From contig CAWHWQ010000008.1 of the NCBI GenBank assembly GCA_963833095.1, forward strand, positions 1-64,000: DNA of 64,000 nt, read 5' to 3'. Made by a program: the position numbers and the translations under genes. The DNA comes from Vulcanimicrobiota bacterium (GTDB taxonomy: Bacteria > Vulcanimicrobiota > Vulcanimicrobiia > Vulcanimicrobiales > Vulcanimicrobiaceae). The notes beneath the pieces are model-generated. The model had not been told where the DNA came from. It saw nothing but the letters and a program-made list of their open reading frames with translations, and made no database searches. Shown here one piece after another: positions 49,418 through 62,188 of the stretch (the first letter of the stretch is position 1; each line of letters begins with the position of its first letter).

Positions 49418-50923
49418 ATGCCCTTCGATTCCCTGCGAGCCTTTGTCGACGCGCTGCGGCGCGCCGGCGAAGTCCACACGATCTCCGCCTCGGTCGACCC
49501 CAACCTCGAAATCGCCGAGATCACCGATCGCGTGGTCAAAGCCGGAGGCCCGGCGTTGTTCTTTGAGGACGTCAAGGGCTCGGCGTTCCCCGTGCTGACC
49601 AATCAATTCGGGTCGCAGCGCCGGATGGCAATGGCCTTTGACGCATCCGCGCTCGACGCGGTCGCGGCGCGTTTACGCGCCTTGCTCGATCTTTCTCCGC
49701 CGGGCGCTTCATGGGGCGAGAAGTTCGATGCGCTCAAACGTTTTGCGCCGCTTGCGAACGCGATTCCCAAGACGGTGCGCGATGCTCCGTGTCAAGAGGT
49801 CGTGCATGCGCGAACCCGACTTGCGCAAATTACCCGTGTTGACCACCTGGCCCCTCGACGGCGGACCGTTCATCACGCTTGCCGCTCGTGATCACCAACG
49901 ACCCGCGCAACGGACGGCCCAACGTCGGCATGTATCGCATGCAGGTGTACAACGAACGCGAGACCGGAATGCATTGGCAACGTCACAAGCAAGGACGCGC
50001 GCACGCCGATGCGTGGGGTGAAAAAATTCCGGTTGCCGTCGCGATCGGAAGCGATCCGGTGCTGACCTACGCCGCGACCGCGCCGCTGCCGCCGGTACTG
50101 GATGAGTTCGCGTTCGCGGGGCTCTTGCGCGGCAAACCGATCGAACTGGTCAAGGCGCGTACCAACGATCTCAAGGTGCCGGCGGGCGCCGAGTTCGTGC
50201 TCGAAGGCTACGTCGACAACACTGACCTTCGCACCGAAGGGCCGTTCGGCGATCACACCGGCGTGTACAGTTTGGCCGACACCTATCCGACGTTTCACGT
50301 CACGTGCATCACCCATCGACGTAATCCGATCTATCCGGCAACCGTCGTCGGCAAACCGCCGATGGAGGATGCGTGGCTCGGCAAAGCCACGGAGCGCATC
50401 TTTTTGCCGCTGTTGCAAATGGTGTTGCCCGAAGTCGTCGATATGAATCTGCCGGTCGAAGGCGGTTTTCACAATCTCGCGATCGTCTCGATTCGCAAGC
50501 AATATCCCGGCCACGCGAAGAAAGTCATGAACGCCCTGTGGGGCTTGGGCCACATGATGATGCTTACCCGCATGCTTGCTGATCGTCGATGCCGATATCG
50601 ACGTGCAGGACGTGCGCAGCGTCGCCTGGTTTGCGCTCAACAATCTTGCGCCGGATCGCGACGTCGTGATGATGCCGGGTCCGGTGGACGATCTCGATCA
50701 CGGTTCGTACACGATCGCGTACGGCACCAAAGTCGGCATCGACGCAACGCGCAAGAGCGCAGCCGAAGGTTACACGCGCGAGTGGCCGCCCGACATCGTG
50801 ATGGATAAGGCGACCAAAGAACGCGTAAGCAAACGCTGGCACGAGTATGGGCTCGATCGCATCGCGCAAGCGCTGGTTCCCGATGGATGGTCTGGTCAGG
50901 GCCCGCAGGCGTTCGGAGGATGA
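49418..50923 (+). CDS. UbiD-family (menaquinone biosynthesis-type) decarboxylase, frameshifted
   Basis: LEIAEITDR, NVGMYRMQ, EGPFGDHTG, GKPPMED, GIDAT. Confidence 0.92.
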
Positions 50924-50926
50924 CGC

Positions 50927-51777
50927 GTGATTAAGCTGTTCTTGCGCGAGATTCGCATCGAGCATACGCTCTTCGCGCTGCCGTTTGCCTACGTCGGCGC
51001 GGTGCTCGGAGCACGCGGTCTGCCGAGCTGGCCGGCGCTCTTGTGGATCACGCTCGCGGTCGTCGGCGCGCGGACCGCCGCGATGGCCGCCAATCGCTAT
51101 TTCGATCGCGACATCGACGCGCGCAACCCGCGTACCGCGCGGCGCGCGCTTGCAACCGGCGCGCTCTCGCCGGCGGTAATGCTCTGGGCTATCGCGCTCG
51201 GCCTCGTCTTGCTGTTGCTCTCGGCCTGGATACTCAATCCGCTCTGTGTGAAGCTCCTGCCGATCGCCGCCGTCGGCGTGCTGGTCTATCCGCTGTGCAA
51301 GCGTTTCACGTGGCTGCGTCCATTTCGTACTCGGCGCGGTCGACGGGCTCGCACCGCTCGGCGCCTACATCGGGGTTACCGGCACGGTGAGCGCGAGCGC
51401 GTTGCTGCTCTTCGTCGCCGTCACCGTCTGGGTCGCCGGCTTCGACATCGCCTATGCGCTCATGGATCTGCCCACCGACCGCGAGCAACACATCAGTTCG
51501 GTGCCCGTACGCTTCGGCGAGCGCGCCGGCCGCTGGCTTCCGATCGCTCTGCACGCGGTGATGGCCGCGCGTCCTGGCGCTCGCCGGCATGCTCGGCGGA
51601 GCGGGCTGGCTATACTACGCTGGCGTCGCCGCTGCGATCGCGCTGACGGTCTACGAAAACCGGCTCTACGGCGTATCCGAGAACGTTTTCGTTCTGAACG
51701 AACGTATCTTTACCGGGAACATGGCGTTCTCGGTGGTCTTTTTGGCCGCCACGCTCGGAGGCTACCTTATCCATTGA
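50927..51777 (+). CDS. UbiA-family polyprenyltransferase (MqnP-like), frameshifted
   Basis: IEHTLFALPF, NRYFDRDIDARNPRT, WVAGFDIAYA..D. Confidence 0.9.
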
Positions 51778-52925
51778 TGCAGCGCGCGACGTTTCTCCAA
51801 GGCCTGCTCGCGACGACTACGCTCACGCCCGTAACGCCGCTGCAACAGCCGGTGTTGCAACAGCTCACGCATCGGCGTCAACGTGCCGCTCTCGGGAAAT
51901 TACGCGAACTACGGGCGTGAGATCGTCAAGGGCGTAACCGCCGCGATCGATGAGACCAACAAATTCAATGCGCACGCTGACCAAGGCGTACGGCATTCGC
52001 TACTTCGACGATCAGAACTCGGGTGCAATCGCCACGTCCAACGTGCTGGTCGCCGCCGCCGATCCCAGCATCGTCGGGATGGTCGGCAATCTCACGCTCG
52101 ACGTCACCATGACGGCGTTGCCACAGTACGCGAATGCCGGCTTCGCAATCGTGGTGCCGTCCGTTACGGCCGACAAGCTCACGCAGCAGGGCTATCACAA
52201 CATCTATCGCCTGCCGACCAACGATTCATCCGAAGGACGCCTTTTCGCAAGCGCCGTTCTACACGGTCGCGCGTCGATGAACGTGCTCGGCGTGGTCGTC
52301 GACGGCGACTACGGCCTCGAGGTCGCGCGCGCGTTCGTCGCGCAGGCCAAGGCCGACAAGCATACCGCCGACCTGCTCACGCTGGAATCAAATGCCGACG
52401 TCGCCGACTCGAGCGCGATCATCTCTCGCCATTCGCCCGGCGTATCTCTTCTTGGCCGGCCGTCCGGAGAAACTCGGGCCCATCGCGGTCGCGTTGCGCG
52501 CCGGCGGGTACACCGGACAATTCGGGTTGAGCGACAGCTTCTACACGGCTGACGTTCCCAAGAACTACGGAAAAGAACTCAACGGTGCGATCGTCGCTTC
52601 AGCGATGCCGCCGCTCGAACGCGTTCCCTCGATCATCACGTATCTCCAAGACTTTCGCAACGAAGTCGGTGCGGTTACCGCGTTCTCCGCTTACGGCTAC
52701 TCGGCAGCGCAACTGCTCATTCAAGCGTCGCAGCGATCCAACGTGACCAACCGCTATCAACTTCTTCAGCAACTGCAGCAGGGCGGAACCTATGGATTAA
52801 TGGTCGGACAGTATTCCTTCAACTACGCAGGCGACGCGACGCTGCCGAATGTCTACCTCTTCACGCTGACCGCCGACGGATTCAACTTCTACCGTCCCGC
52901 CTTCGAGAACGGCTTCGTCGCGTAG
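51777..52925 (+). CDS. LivJ/K-type ABC substrate-binding protein, frameshifted
   Basis: PLSGNYANYG, DDQN, YRLPTND..EG, DYG, YGYSAAQ. Confidence 0.8.
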
Positions 52926-52936
52926 CCGACGGTCGA

Positions 52937-53098
52937 CTACGCTTCGCGGCGCGAGTACGCATCTTCGGAGATGATGCGGACGCGATGCGGCGGCGGTTCC
53001 TTTGCGTGCAGCGGCGTATCGACGTCTTCGACGGAGAAGCCGAAGCCTATGCGCCACGATCCAAGCGTTATCGAGAAGTTCGTACCAAGGATTTCCAT
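52937..53098 (-). CDS. Small hypothetical protein (53 aa)
   Basis: MEILGTNFSITLGSWRIGFGFSVEDVD...; GGAGG upstream; start 4 nt after the permease stop. Confidence 0.6.
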   Translation of the reverse strand: MEILGTNFSITLGSWRIGFGFSVEDVDTPLHAKEPPPHRVRIISEDAYSRREA

Positions 53099-53102
53099 GG
53101 CA

Positions 53103-54117
53103 TTACGCCTCCACCCGGCGCCACTGCACGATGGCAAGCGCACCGTAGATTAGCATGAGTCCAGAAACCGCCAGCGTGCGGGCCGTGTAGCTCCACCCTT
53201 CCGGGTGTCATCGAAGTTCCTTGGTGTGTGCCGGAGAGGTAGGTGAGCGGAATAATGCGCGATACCGACCAGAAGATCGTATGGAATGTTTGGCCGACGA
53301 TCGAGTCACCGAGCGGGATCTAGCTGAGCGCAATAATCACAAACGCGATCGGCCAGGCAAACCCGACAACCGCGCCCGCTCCGCGCTTGAATGAAGCCGT
53401 TGCTGCATTTAGCGCGGCATACCACGAGAAGGGCAGGACGATCAGCAGTAGGGTGATCGGATCGGCAAGCTGGCTGAAATCGAAGTGCGGAACCTCGAAC
53501 ATCGTCTGGCAGATGATCGCGGCCACCACGGTCATTGCCCCCGCCAGCACTATGCCCGCGAAATCGACACCGATGATCCCCAGCGCATAGCGCATACGCG
53601 AGACGGGTTTGAGGCAGGCGATTTCGAGGTGACCGTTCTCGCACGCAAACGATGCGCCGAAGATCGTCGCAAAGATCAAGCCGGCAAAGCTGGCGATGGC
53701 GAGGAAGATCACCACGTTCACGGGGGAGTTCGTGTCGACGTTAATCGTTTCGATGCCATTGGATACCGAGTCGTTGGCACTGATGGCTTCCGACAGCGCT
53801 CGGCTTGGGTCGTGCTTTTATGCGAGCTCGACGGCTGGACGATGTGGATGATGCGGCCGCCGTCCGGTTTTTCGTCGATCGTAATCGTCGTGTTGTCGCT
53901 CCCGACTCACGATCGTCGTCCGATTGACGCCGTTCACCACCGAATGGGAGATCTTCGTACCCGGCTCCTTGCTCACACGATCGATGAGATACTGGTCGTG
54001 ATTCAGTTGCGGCGTAAGGGAGACGCGAACGATCAAGCCGATCACGATCAGGATGCCCAGCACGATCGCATAGATGCGCAGTGCATTGCGAACGCGCAGC
54101 CATTCGACATAATTCAT
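53103..54117 (-). CDS. ABC exporter membrane subunit, frameshifted
   Basis: MNYVEWLRVRNALRIYAIVLGIL..., ENGHLEIACLKPVSR, ends AIVQWRRVEA*. Confidence 0.75.
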
Positions 54118-54120
54118 GAG

Positions 54121-55022
<902 letters not shown>

Positions 55023-55026
<4 letters not shown>

Positions 55027-55421
55027 GCGTCCTCCCGGAACCACCGGTCGATAGCGGCGCTGGATAGTTTTCGGATCTCGTCGGCGCTCAAGCCAATCGA
55101 CTTGGCTTCGCGAACCGCGGCCTCGAAGGCGTCCCGCGCCACGGAGGTCGCCGCGGCTTTGGTCGTCTCGATCGAGCCGTTGCCCCGGACGAACGATCCG
55201 CGTCCCGCCGCCGTCTCGATCACGCCGTCCCGCTCGAGTTCGCGGTAGGCCTTCGCAACGGTGTTGGGGTTGATCGTCAAGTCGAGCGCGAGCTGCTTGA
55301 CCGTCGGTAGCTGCTCTCCGGCAGCGAGAACGCCCAAGGCTACCGACCGCTTGACCTGTTCGATCACCTGAAGGTAGATGGGCACCCCGCTTCGGGGGTC
55401 AACCGTTAAAACGACCGGCAT
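55023..55421 (-). CDS. GntR regulator, YtrA subfamily
   Basis: VPIYLQV..., GEQLPTVKQLA...INPNTVAKAYRELE, short C-terminus (132 aa). Confidence 0.93.
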
Positions 55422-55427
55422 CGCGGG

Positions 55428-55532
55428 TTAGAGCTTCGGGCCCCAGCCTTGGAAGAGTGGGGTCGCCATGCGCTGCGGCTGGCAGACGCGCGATTCGCGA
55501 AGGTCTTCGGGATGATTGATGAAGCGTGTCAT
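55428..55532 (-). CDS. Small ORF (34 aa), first in the GntR operon
   Basis: AGAGGA RBS; MTRFINHPEDLRESRVCQPQRMATPLFQGWGPKL*; stop 6 nt before gntR ATG. Confidence 0.55.
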   Translation of the reverse strand: MTRFINHPEDLRESRVCQPQRMATPLFQGWGPKL

Positions 55533-55572
55533 GTTCTGTTCCTCTGTTTGCGTCTAGTACTACTGTGCTGTC

Positions 55573-55617
55573 GTACTAGTACACTAGTACAATAGGACAG
55601 TAGCTCGCCACTGTCAA
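55573..55617 (-). promoter_or_regulatory. Sigma70 promoter with overlapping YtrA-type operator
   Basis: TTGACA(55617-55612)-17-TATTGT(55594-55589); GTACTAGT-AC-ACTAGTAC at 55573-55590. Confidence 0.85.
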
Positions 55618-55655
55618 GGCGATCGCGGCAATTCTTTTTTGGCATGTCGGCAAGC

Positions 55656-55865
55656 TCGAGGGAGCGCGTCAACGGGCTACGCGAGCGGCGAGCACCCTGA
55701 CATTGCCAGTGCGAGACGCGAGCGTCTTAGTGAACCCCGAATGTCGAGCAGCCACGTGGTGAACCGGCGAGGCGCGTCCCTCGACTTCGCGGGTAACGCT
55801 TCGCGCTACCCGCTCTACGCTCGGGATGACAAGGGAGCGCTTCGCTACGCTCGGGATGACAAGGG
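55656..55865. repeat. Second REP/MITE-like element of the same family as 6662-6930
   Basis: 55838-55862 is the exact 25-nt reverse complement of 6663-6687; 21-nt direct repeat at 55815-55835 and 55845-55865. Confidence 0.8.
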
Positions 55866-55973
55866 GCGGATTGGGTACGCATTTCTGGAGGTCAGGGGTT
55901 TCTACGGATGATCCCGGGACGCCGCACCGGCTAGGATGAGTTCACCCAGAGACGCTTACGGAAGAGGACGACG

Positions 55974-57206
55974 ATGCGCAACCAGGCGCTGATCTGGAAC
56001 ACCGATACCTCACTGCGGGTCACGTCGCTTACGGCTCGGCTGCGCGGCTTCGCGGGGATCGGCGAGCGCAAGACCATCCTCCACGTGAGCGATCTCTGGG
56101 ACGGCCCAGACCCTTTCCCGATTCTTGCCCACCAGTGGGCGCTCGCGGGCGAGACGCTCGCCTTTGAAGCGCGCGTGCACGGAGCGCATTTGGCGTTCGA
56201 AGTCGAGCCGCTGCTCGACACGTAAGGCGCGATCGCCGGCGTCACCGGGCGCGCAGCCGAGATTGCCAACCCCGCCAGCTCGCTTGCAGCTGCATATCCG
56301 CACGCCGAACGCGCCGCGGGTCTTGGCACCTGGCACGAAGATCTGCGCACCGGGGCCGTCGCCATTTCCGAAGGCCTGGCGAATCTGCTCGGACTTCCGT
56401 ATGAAACGACGCATCTGTCGCTGCGCAGTTTCGATCATCCCGCCGATCGCGAACAGATCATGCGTACCCTCGCCGAGCACGAAAACGAATTCAGTTATAC
56501 GTGCGATCATCGCATTCTTTGCCAAGGTGGACGCGTACGGAGCGTCCGCGAACGCTTACGCACGATGTTCGACGAGCGTGGCGTGGCGATTGCGCGGGTC
56601 GGCTCGCTGATGGACATTACCGATCTTAAGGAGCGCGAAGCCGAACTTTGCGAGCTCGCCTTGCACGATGCGCTAACGCACCTGCCAAATCGGCACGCCT
56701 TAGAAGAGCGCCTGCGCGCCTCACTTGCCCGCTGCGAACGCAACGGTCGCCGCTGCGCCGTGTTTTTCATTGACCTCGACGACTTCAAAGACATTAACGA
56801 CGTGCACGGTCATGCTTACGGCGATCGCGTGCTCGTTGCGGTCGCCGATCGTCTCACGCGCCACGTGCGGGCTTCCGATACGGTCGCGCGCATCGGCGGC
56901 GACGAGTTCGTCGTCTTCATCGATGATCTCTATACTGACGAGGCGGCTGCCGATGCGGCCCGCAAGATCCTGCATAGCCTCGACGATCCGCTCACCATTG
57001 GCCAGGGCACCATTCGCGTTGGCGCCAGTATCGGGGTTGCAACCTATCCGGGCTCATGCAGCACGGTGCCCGCGCTGCTCGCCGCCGCCGATCGCGAAAT
57101 GTACGCAGTAAAGCGGAACGGCGGCAACGGTATCAAACTTGCCCCTGCATGGCAAGCCCACTCTTCACCGGCCCGGCCTCTATTCGAGAACCGCGAGAGC
57201 GCCTAG
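55974..57206 (+). CDS. PAS-GGDEF diguanylate cyclase with in-frame TAA at 56223-56225
   Basis: ORFs 55974 and 56460 are in the same frame; GLGTWHED, DHPADR, HDALTHLPNR, RIGGDEF. Confidence 0.85.
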
Positions 57207-58489
57207 CCTTCGTCCTCACGCTGCTCTTTGCGTTCCCGATCGCCACGCTGATCGGGTTCGTGATTCATGAAAGCGTCGGAATCCCCGAAGTGGCGCTCTT
57301 TATCGTCGTCGCCATGTTGTACGTCACGCTCGCGCGCGGACGTCTGATCGGTTCGTCGGTCATGATTCACCAAGAGCAATACCCGCGCGTCTTCGAGATC
57401 GTCAAAACGGCCTGCGCGCAGCTCGACATTGCGATGCCCCTGATTTTCGTACGCGAAGACAATTACGTCCCGGTTGCGGCGCTCGGTTTCGGCGAGCCGT
57501 ATTCGCTCGTGCTCTCGACCCACTGGGTCGAGCACTTCGAAGACGACGAGCTGGCTTTCGCCGTGGGTCGCGAGCTGGGGCACATCGCCGCGGGGCACAC
57601 ACGCTTTCTCTCGCTGCTCAGCGTCAACGGCAACGAGAATCCGATTATCTCGCTGATCTTCGGTGGATGGCTGCGCACCTGCAGTCACACCTGCGACAAA
57701 GTCGGTCTCCTCGTCTGCGGTTCGCTCGATGCGGCGACGCGGTCGATCGTGATCTCGTCATTTCACAGCTTCGGACGCCACATCAGCACGGAACAATTCA
57801 CCCAGCAAGGGCGTGAGATCGCAAGCGACGGCGTGCTGCGCCTGGGCGAGTGGATGGGCGGCGAACCGTACGCGACCCGTCGCATCGCCGATTTGGCCGA
57901 ATTCATCCACACCCTCAGTATGAAACGGCGCGTGCATGGCTCATGCGTGAAATTCCGGCGGAGCCGCCGAAGCTCGTCGCGGGTAGCGCCAACGTGACGC
58001 GTGCCGATTGCGCCGGCATTTTTCGCCGGTTTTGGTCGATCGCGATCGACAGCGGTGTCGTCGCGGCCGCTGTTCTCGTGTTCGCCGGAGCACATGCGAC
58101 ATTCGGCGCTGGGCGGCTACCTTACCGACGAAGACATCCACAACCTCACCCATTCCAAGTTTTTCGGCGAAGTGCTCTCGGTCTTTGGACGCTACAGCTC
58201 CAGTCCGCCCTTTTTCTTTACCGCGCTTTACCTGTGGCTGCTGGTCGGCATCGCGGGCCAAAGTTTCGGCATGATGATCACGGGACTACGGGTCGTAACG
58301 ACCGACTTTCGTTCACCCGGCCTGCTGCGTTCGCTCTGGCGTTACTTGATCGTCTTCTTTTTGTGGTGGTTGATCCTGCTCTGGGCGCCGTTTTCGCGGC
58401 GGATCATGCTGCACGATCGCTGGAGCGGGACGCGCCTCATCCGCGCGGAGACGATTATGGCGCGTGCGGCTGGAGTTGCAACGCGTTGA
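57149..58489 (+). CDS. M48-peptidase-like + RDD domain membrane protein, frameshifted
   Basis: DELAFAVGRELGHIAAGH; RDD motifs RRFWSIAID, GQSFG...GLRVV, LHDRWSGT. Confidence 0.8.
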
Positions 58490-58895
58490 TCGCGCGACTC
58501 AAATAGTTGTTCAGGCCGATCGCGGCGATGATTTCGACGCAGCCGCCCTCATCGTAATGCGCGCGGAGCGCCTCCCACACCGCAGGCGGCAGCGCGCGCG
58601 GTTCGCGCGTGAGCGCCACGGCCGCGCTGAGCGCAGCACGCTCGGCTTCCGAAAAATGCGGGCTGCGCGCGAAGTCACCGAGCGTCGTGAGCGTCGCTTC
58701 GTCGACGCCGAGGCCGCGCGCGATTTCCTCGTGCACGCACGTACAATACTCACACGCATTGAGCCACGCCACCATCAGCGCGATCAACTCCAGCGTGCGG
58801 GCCGGGAGCGTCCCGGACTCTACATCGCGTAGGTGCGCGGCAAGCGAACGCGCCAACTGCGGCCGCGCCGAAAGCGCGTCGAAGAGCCCTGCCAC
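58455..58895 (-). CDS. Carboxymuconolactone decarboxylase / AhpD-like protein
   Basis: ELIALMVAWLNACEYCTCVH, FSEAERAAL. Confidence 0.85.
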   Translation of the reverse strand: MAGLFDALSARPQLARSLAAHLRDVESGTLPARTLELIALMVAWLNACEYCTCVHEEIARGLGVDEATLTTLGDFARSPHFSEAERAALSAAVALTREPRALPPAVWEALRAHYDEGGCVEIIAAIGLNNYLSRAINALQLQPHAP

Positions 58896-58905
58896 CGCTA
58901 CGCCG

Positions 58906-60288
58906 TTAGCCCGCCTGCGTAAGTTGGCGGAACCCCGCATCGCCACGCAGCATGTCGAAGCGCGGATCGTTCTCAATCGAAATCAACGACATGTGTCCAC
59001 GCATGCGCCGTAACAACTCGAGCGCAATTGTCCGGTCTCCGATCGCGGCGGCCGCGGCGATGAGGTCGGCGGGTTCGACGTCTTGCGCATGCAGCATCGC
59101 AAAAGCCAACTGTGCGCGTGCTTCTTGCACGCGGTGCTGATTCGCATAAGCATGCGCGAGCAGCGCCGAGGCCTCTGCACGGCAATTCTTACACGACGTG
59201 GCGTACTGCCGGTACGAGTCGATCGCGCGGATGAAGTTGCCCTCCGCTTCGTACGCTTCGCCGATGGTGGTCAGCACATCGGTGCGCTGCGGCGAAAGGT
59301 CCAGTGCTTGCCGCGAATAGGCAATTGCTTCACTGAAGTGGTGATCCAAATATGCTGCGGAGCCGAGCCACGCGCTGGTCGAAACCGAAAGCGGGTCGAG
59401 TTCGCCTGCGACTTGCAACTGCGCGAATGCCGCGCGCAGATTGCCCTGCTGGATCAGCGCCACGCCGTACCATTCATGCGCCGGCCCGTTGGCCGGATCG
59501 AGCGCGATCGCACGCTGCAATTCGCCGATCGCCGAGCCAAGGTTGTGCGCATCCATATTGATCAGGCCGAGCGCCGCATGCGCTTCCGACGAGTTGGGGT
59601 CGAGCGAGAGCGCAAGTCGCGCGTAGCTGCGCGCACGCGAAAAGTAGACGTGTGGTTTCTGACCGCCGTATTTGTAGTCGCCCATGATCGCATTTGCATC
59701 GGCAAGCGCCGCGTAACCGCGCGCATCGCGTGGATCGGTCCGAATCACCTGCGCGAAGTAGTCGAGACTGCGTTCGACGCCGACGCGCGTGCGCAGATTC
59801 CAATAGTACCGCCCGATCTCATAGACACGTGCGCCCTCGGACGAAAGGCCTGCGCTCGTGCTTCGATGCGCGGCTGCCAGCGTGAAGAACACTGCGCAGA
59901 TCACGGCGAATGCGGCCGCTCCCGTTGCAACGATCCAGCGTCGCTCCGGGCGAGCCGGAGGCAGCGCCGCGGCCTTCTCGGAGCGGCGCACGCCGACCGC
60001 GAAGCGATAGCCGCGCCGCGGAACGGTCTCGATCGCATCAAGCGAGGCAAGCGAGCGAAGCGTCTTGCGCAGCACATAGATGTTCTGCGCGAGGTTGGCC
60101 TCCTCAACGTAGCCTTCAGGCCAAATCCGCTCGATCAGTTCGTTTTTGGGGAGGACCTCGCCGGGATGCTCGATGAGGGCGAGCAACGTTTCCACGACCT
60201 TGGGCCCAAGCGGCACCGGTTCGTTCCGATGCAGCAACAATAAACGCTCGACGTCGAGCCGGAATGATCCGAACTCATAGGTGCTCAT
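58906..60288 (-). CDS. CadC/OmpR-type winged-helix regulator with TM segment and TPR repeats
   Basis: YEFGSFRLD, EANLAQNIYVLRK, TVPRRGYRF, hydrophobic stretch, ALSLDP/AIALDP repeats. Confidence 0.88.
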   Translation of the reverse strand: MSTYEFGSFRLDVERLLLLHRNEPVPLGPKVVETLLALIEHPGEVLPKNELIERIWPEGYVEEANLAQNIYVLRKTLRSLASLDAIETVPRRGYRFAVGVRRSEKAAALPPARPERRWIVATGAAAFAVICAVFFTLAAAHRSTSAGLSSEGARVYEIGRYYWNLRTRVGVERSLDYFAQVIRTDPRDARGYAALADANAIMGDYKYGGQKPHVYFSRARSYARLALSLDPNSSEAHAALGLINMDAHNLGSAIGELQRAIALDPANGPAHEWYGVALIQQGNLRAAFAQLQVAGELDPLSVSTSAWLGSAAYLDHHFSEAIAYSRQALDLSPQRTDVLTTIGEAYEAEGNFIRAIDSYRQYATSCKNCRAEASALLAHAYANQHRVQEARAQLAFAMLHAQDVEPADLIAAAAAIGDRTIALELLRRMRGHMSLISIENDPRFDMLRGDAGFRQLTQAG

Positions 60289-60357
60289 GTCATCGTTTCC
60301 TGTGGCGGGCGAACTCGTCTGTTGTCGTGTACAGTCCCGCGCCACAAGAGGTTTCGC

Positions 60358-61333
60358 CTAGGCGAGATAGGGTTCATTCGGCGCCACCGGGCCGAGGATG
60401 CGATCGATCTGTGCGACCAGATCCGCTCCCAGGTTGACCTCGCCCGCGCGGACATTATCGGCCACGTGTGTAGGGTTGGTCGCACCGACGATGGCGCTCG
60501 TCACCGCACGCTGTCGCAGTACCCAGGCCAGCGCCATTTGCGACATGCTCAGGCCGGTTTGCGCCGCCAGCGGTTTGAGTTGCTGCACGGCGTCGAGCAC
60601 GGCTTGAGTGAAATATTCCGCCATCATGTCGCGGTACGGACCGGCGGCACGCGTGCCGGCCGGAGGATGAGCGGCGTCGGTATATTTTCCGCTGAGGATC
60701 CCCATGGCCAGCGGCGACCACACGACGTTGCCAAGACCGTACTCCTCGCAGACCGGCAGCACTCGCTCTTCGATTCTCCGCCACAGCGCGCTGTATTGAG
60801 GCTGATTGCTGACCGGCACGGCCCAACCACGGGCGCGGCACAAGGTCACCGCTGCGACCAATCTGATCGGCATTCCATTCGGAAACGCCCCAATACAAGA
60901 ATGTTCCCGCGCGCACCAAGTCGTTCATCATCTCGCACGTCTCCTCGAGCGGCGTCGTTCGATCGAACCGATGGCACTGATAGAGGTCGATGTAATCAAC
61001 GTCTAAACGGCGCAGCGAGCGATGGACCTGATCGCGAATGTGTTTACGCGAGAGGCCGCGCTCGTTGACGCTCTCGCCCATCGGAAAGTAGACCTTGGTT
61101 GCCAAGACCAGCGCGTCGCGATTGAGCTCGTTCACGATCGGCGCAAGCACTTCTTCGGCAGCGCCCTTCGCGTATACGTTGGCGGTATCGATAAAATTGA
61201 CGCCGGCTTCCCACGCTTGCAGGATACACGCGCGCGACGTATCGCGATCGACACTGTTGCCGAAAGTCAGCCACGACCCGATGCCGATGACGGAGAGCTT
61301 GAGTCCGCTGTGGCCGAGCGTACGATATTGCAT
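60358..61333 (-). CDS. Aldo/keto reductase, frameshift near 60860
   Basis: MQYRTLGHSGLKLS, DTANVY, ATKV, DLYQCHR, WSPLA.G.L. Confidence 0.92.
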
Positions 61334-61338
61334 GCGTT

Positions 61339-62179
61339 CTACTGCGGCGCAAAGACACGCAGCGCCTTCGGGAAAACCTCGAAGGCGCGCCGGTGTCGTT
61401 CCGGCCGGTTCGCCGTCGGCGGTGATATGATGCGGCCGCCTCGTCACGACCTCGAAGCGCCGCGAGCGCAGCGTGCGTAGTCCAGGCACATCGAATGCGC
61501 GCCCGGTCAGCATCGCGTGCGCGATGCCGAATGCCTCGCGCAGATTTTCGATATCGACACTGTAGAGATCGAGATAGCCGTCGTCGATCGCGGCGCCGTC
61601 CACGTTCAAGAAATCCGCCGAAATGCTGGCTGTTCGCAACCGTGAGCTGAATCGTTCGCATCCGCTCGCTTCGGCCGTCGAAACGAACCTCGGCTCGGAT
61701 CGGCCGCGCATAGCGCAGCGCACGAAAAGGCCGTGGCGATCACGCCCCAAAAGCCGAAGCGCTGTTTGAGCTCGGTGGTCTGCAGGCGAGCAATACGGCT
61801 GGAAATGCCGATGCTGGCTTCGTTGACGTAGTATTGGCCGTTGACGCGCGCGGCGTCGATCGCGCGTTCGTGATGCGCCGCGATCGTAGCGGACCGCACC
61901 GCGAACGTCGAGCGGAATGCCGAGCGTGCGGGCGAGATCGTTGAACGTGCCCAGCGGCACGATGCCGAGCGGAAGGCCGCGCGTAATTGCCGACTCGATT
62001 GCACCGAGCAGTGTGCCGTCGCCGCCCGCGCAGATGATGCAATCCGCGTCCGCAACGACGTCGCTCGGCCATCCCGCTTCAACGAACTCAATGTTCGCTT
62101 CACGCAAAGCCGCGCGGGTAGCATCGGCCAACGCGCGAGCGCGCCCCGAACGCAGATTGATCACAAGTTGCGCGCGCAT
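61339..62179 (-). CDS. YegS/BmrU-family lipid kinase, frameshifted
   Basis: AGGDGT, PLGTFNDLAR, NEASIG, ADGE. Confidence 0.88.
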
Positions 62180-62188
62180 CGTTGAGCG

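Noticed and set aside
16784..51777. Frameshifts in fdh beta, polX, transketolase, ggt, ubiD and ubiA as programmed shifts or pseudogenes
   Set aside because: Scattered indels in otherwise intact conserved genes with no shared slippery motif; typical of long-read consensus error
55815..55865. 21-nt direct repeat as a CRISPR array
   Set aside because: Two copies with a 9-nt gap, no cas genes; it belongs to the palindromic repeat family
56223..56225. In-frame TAA in the diguanylate cyclase as readthrough
   Set aside because: No recoding signal seen and TAA is a normal stop elsewhere in the window; substitution error or recent nonsense mutation is simpler
60455..62179. 574-aa ORF joining lipid kinase and aldo/keto reductase
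   Set aside because: Frameshift artefact; the kinase ends FAPQ* at 61339 and the reductase starts at 61333
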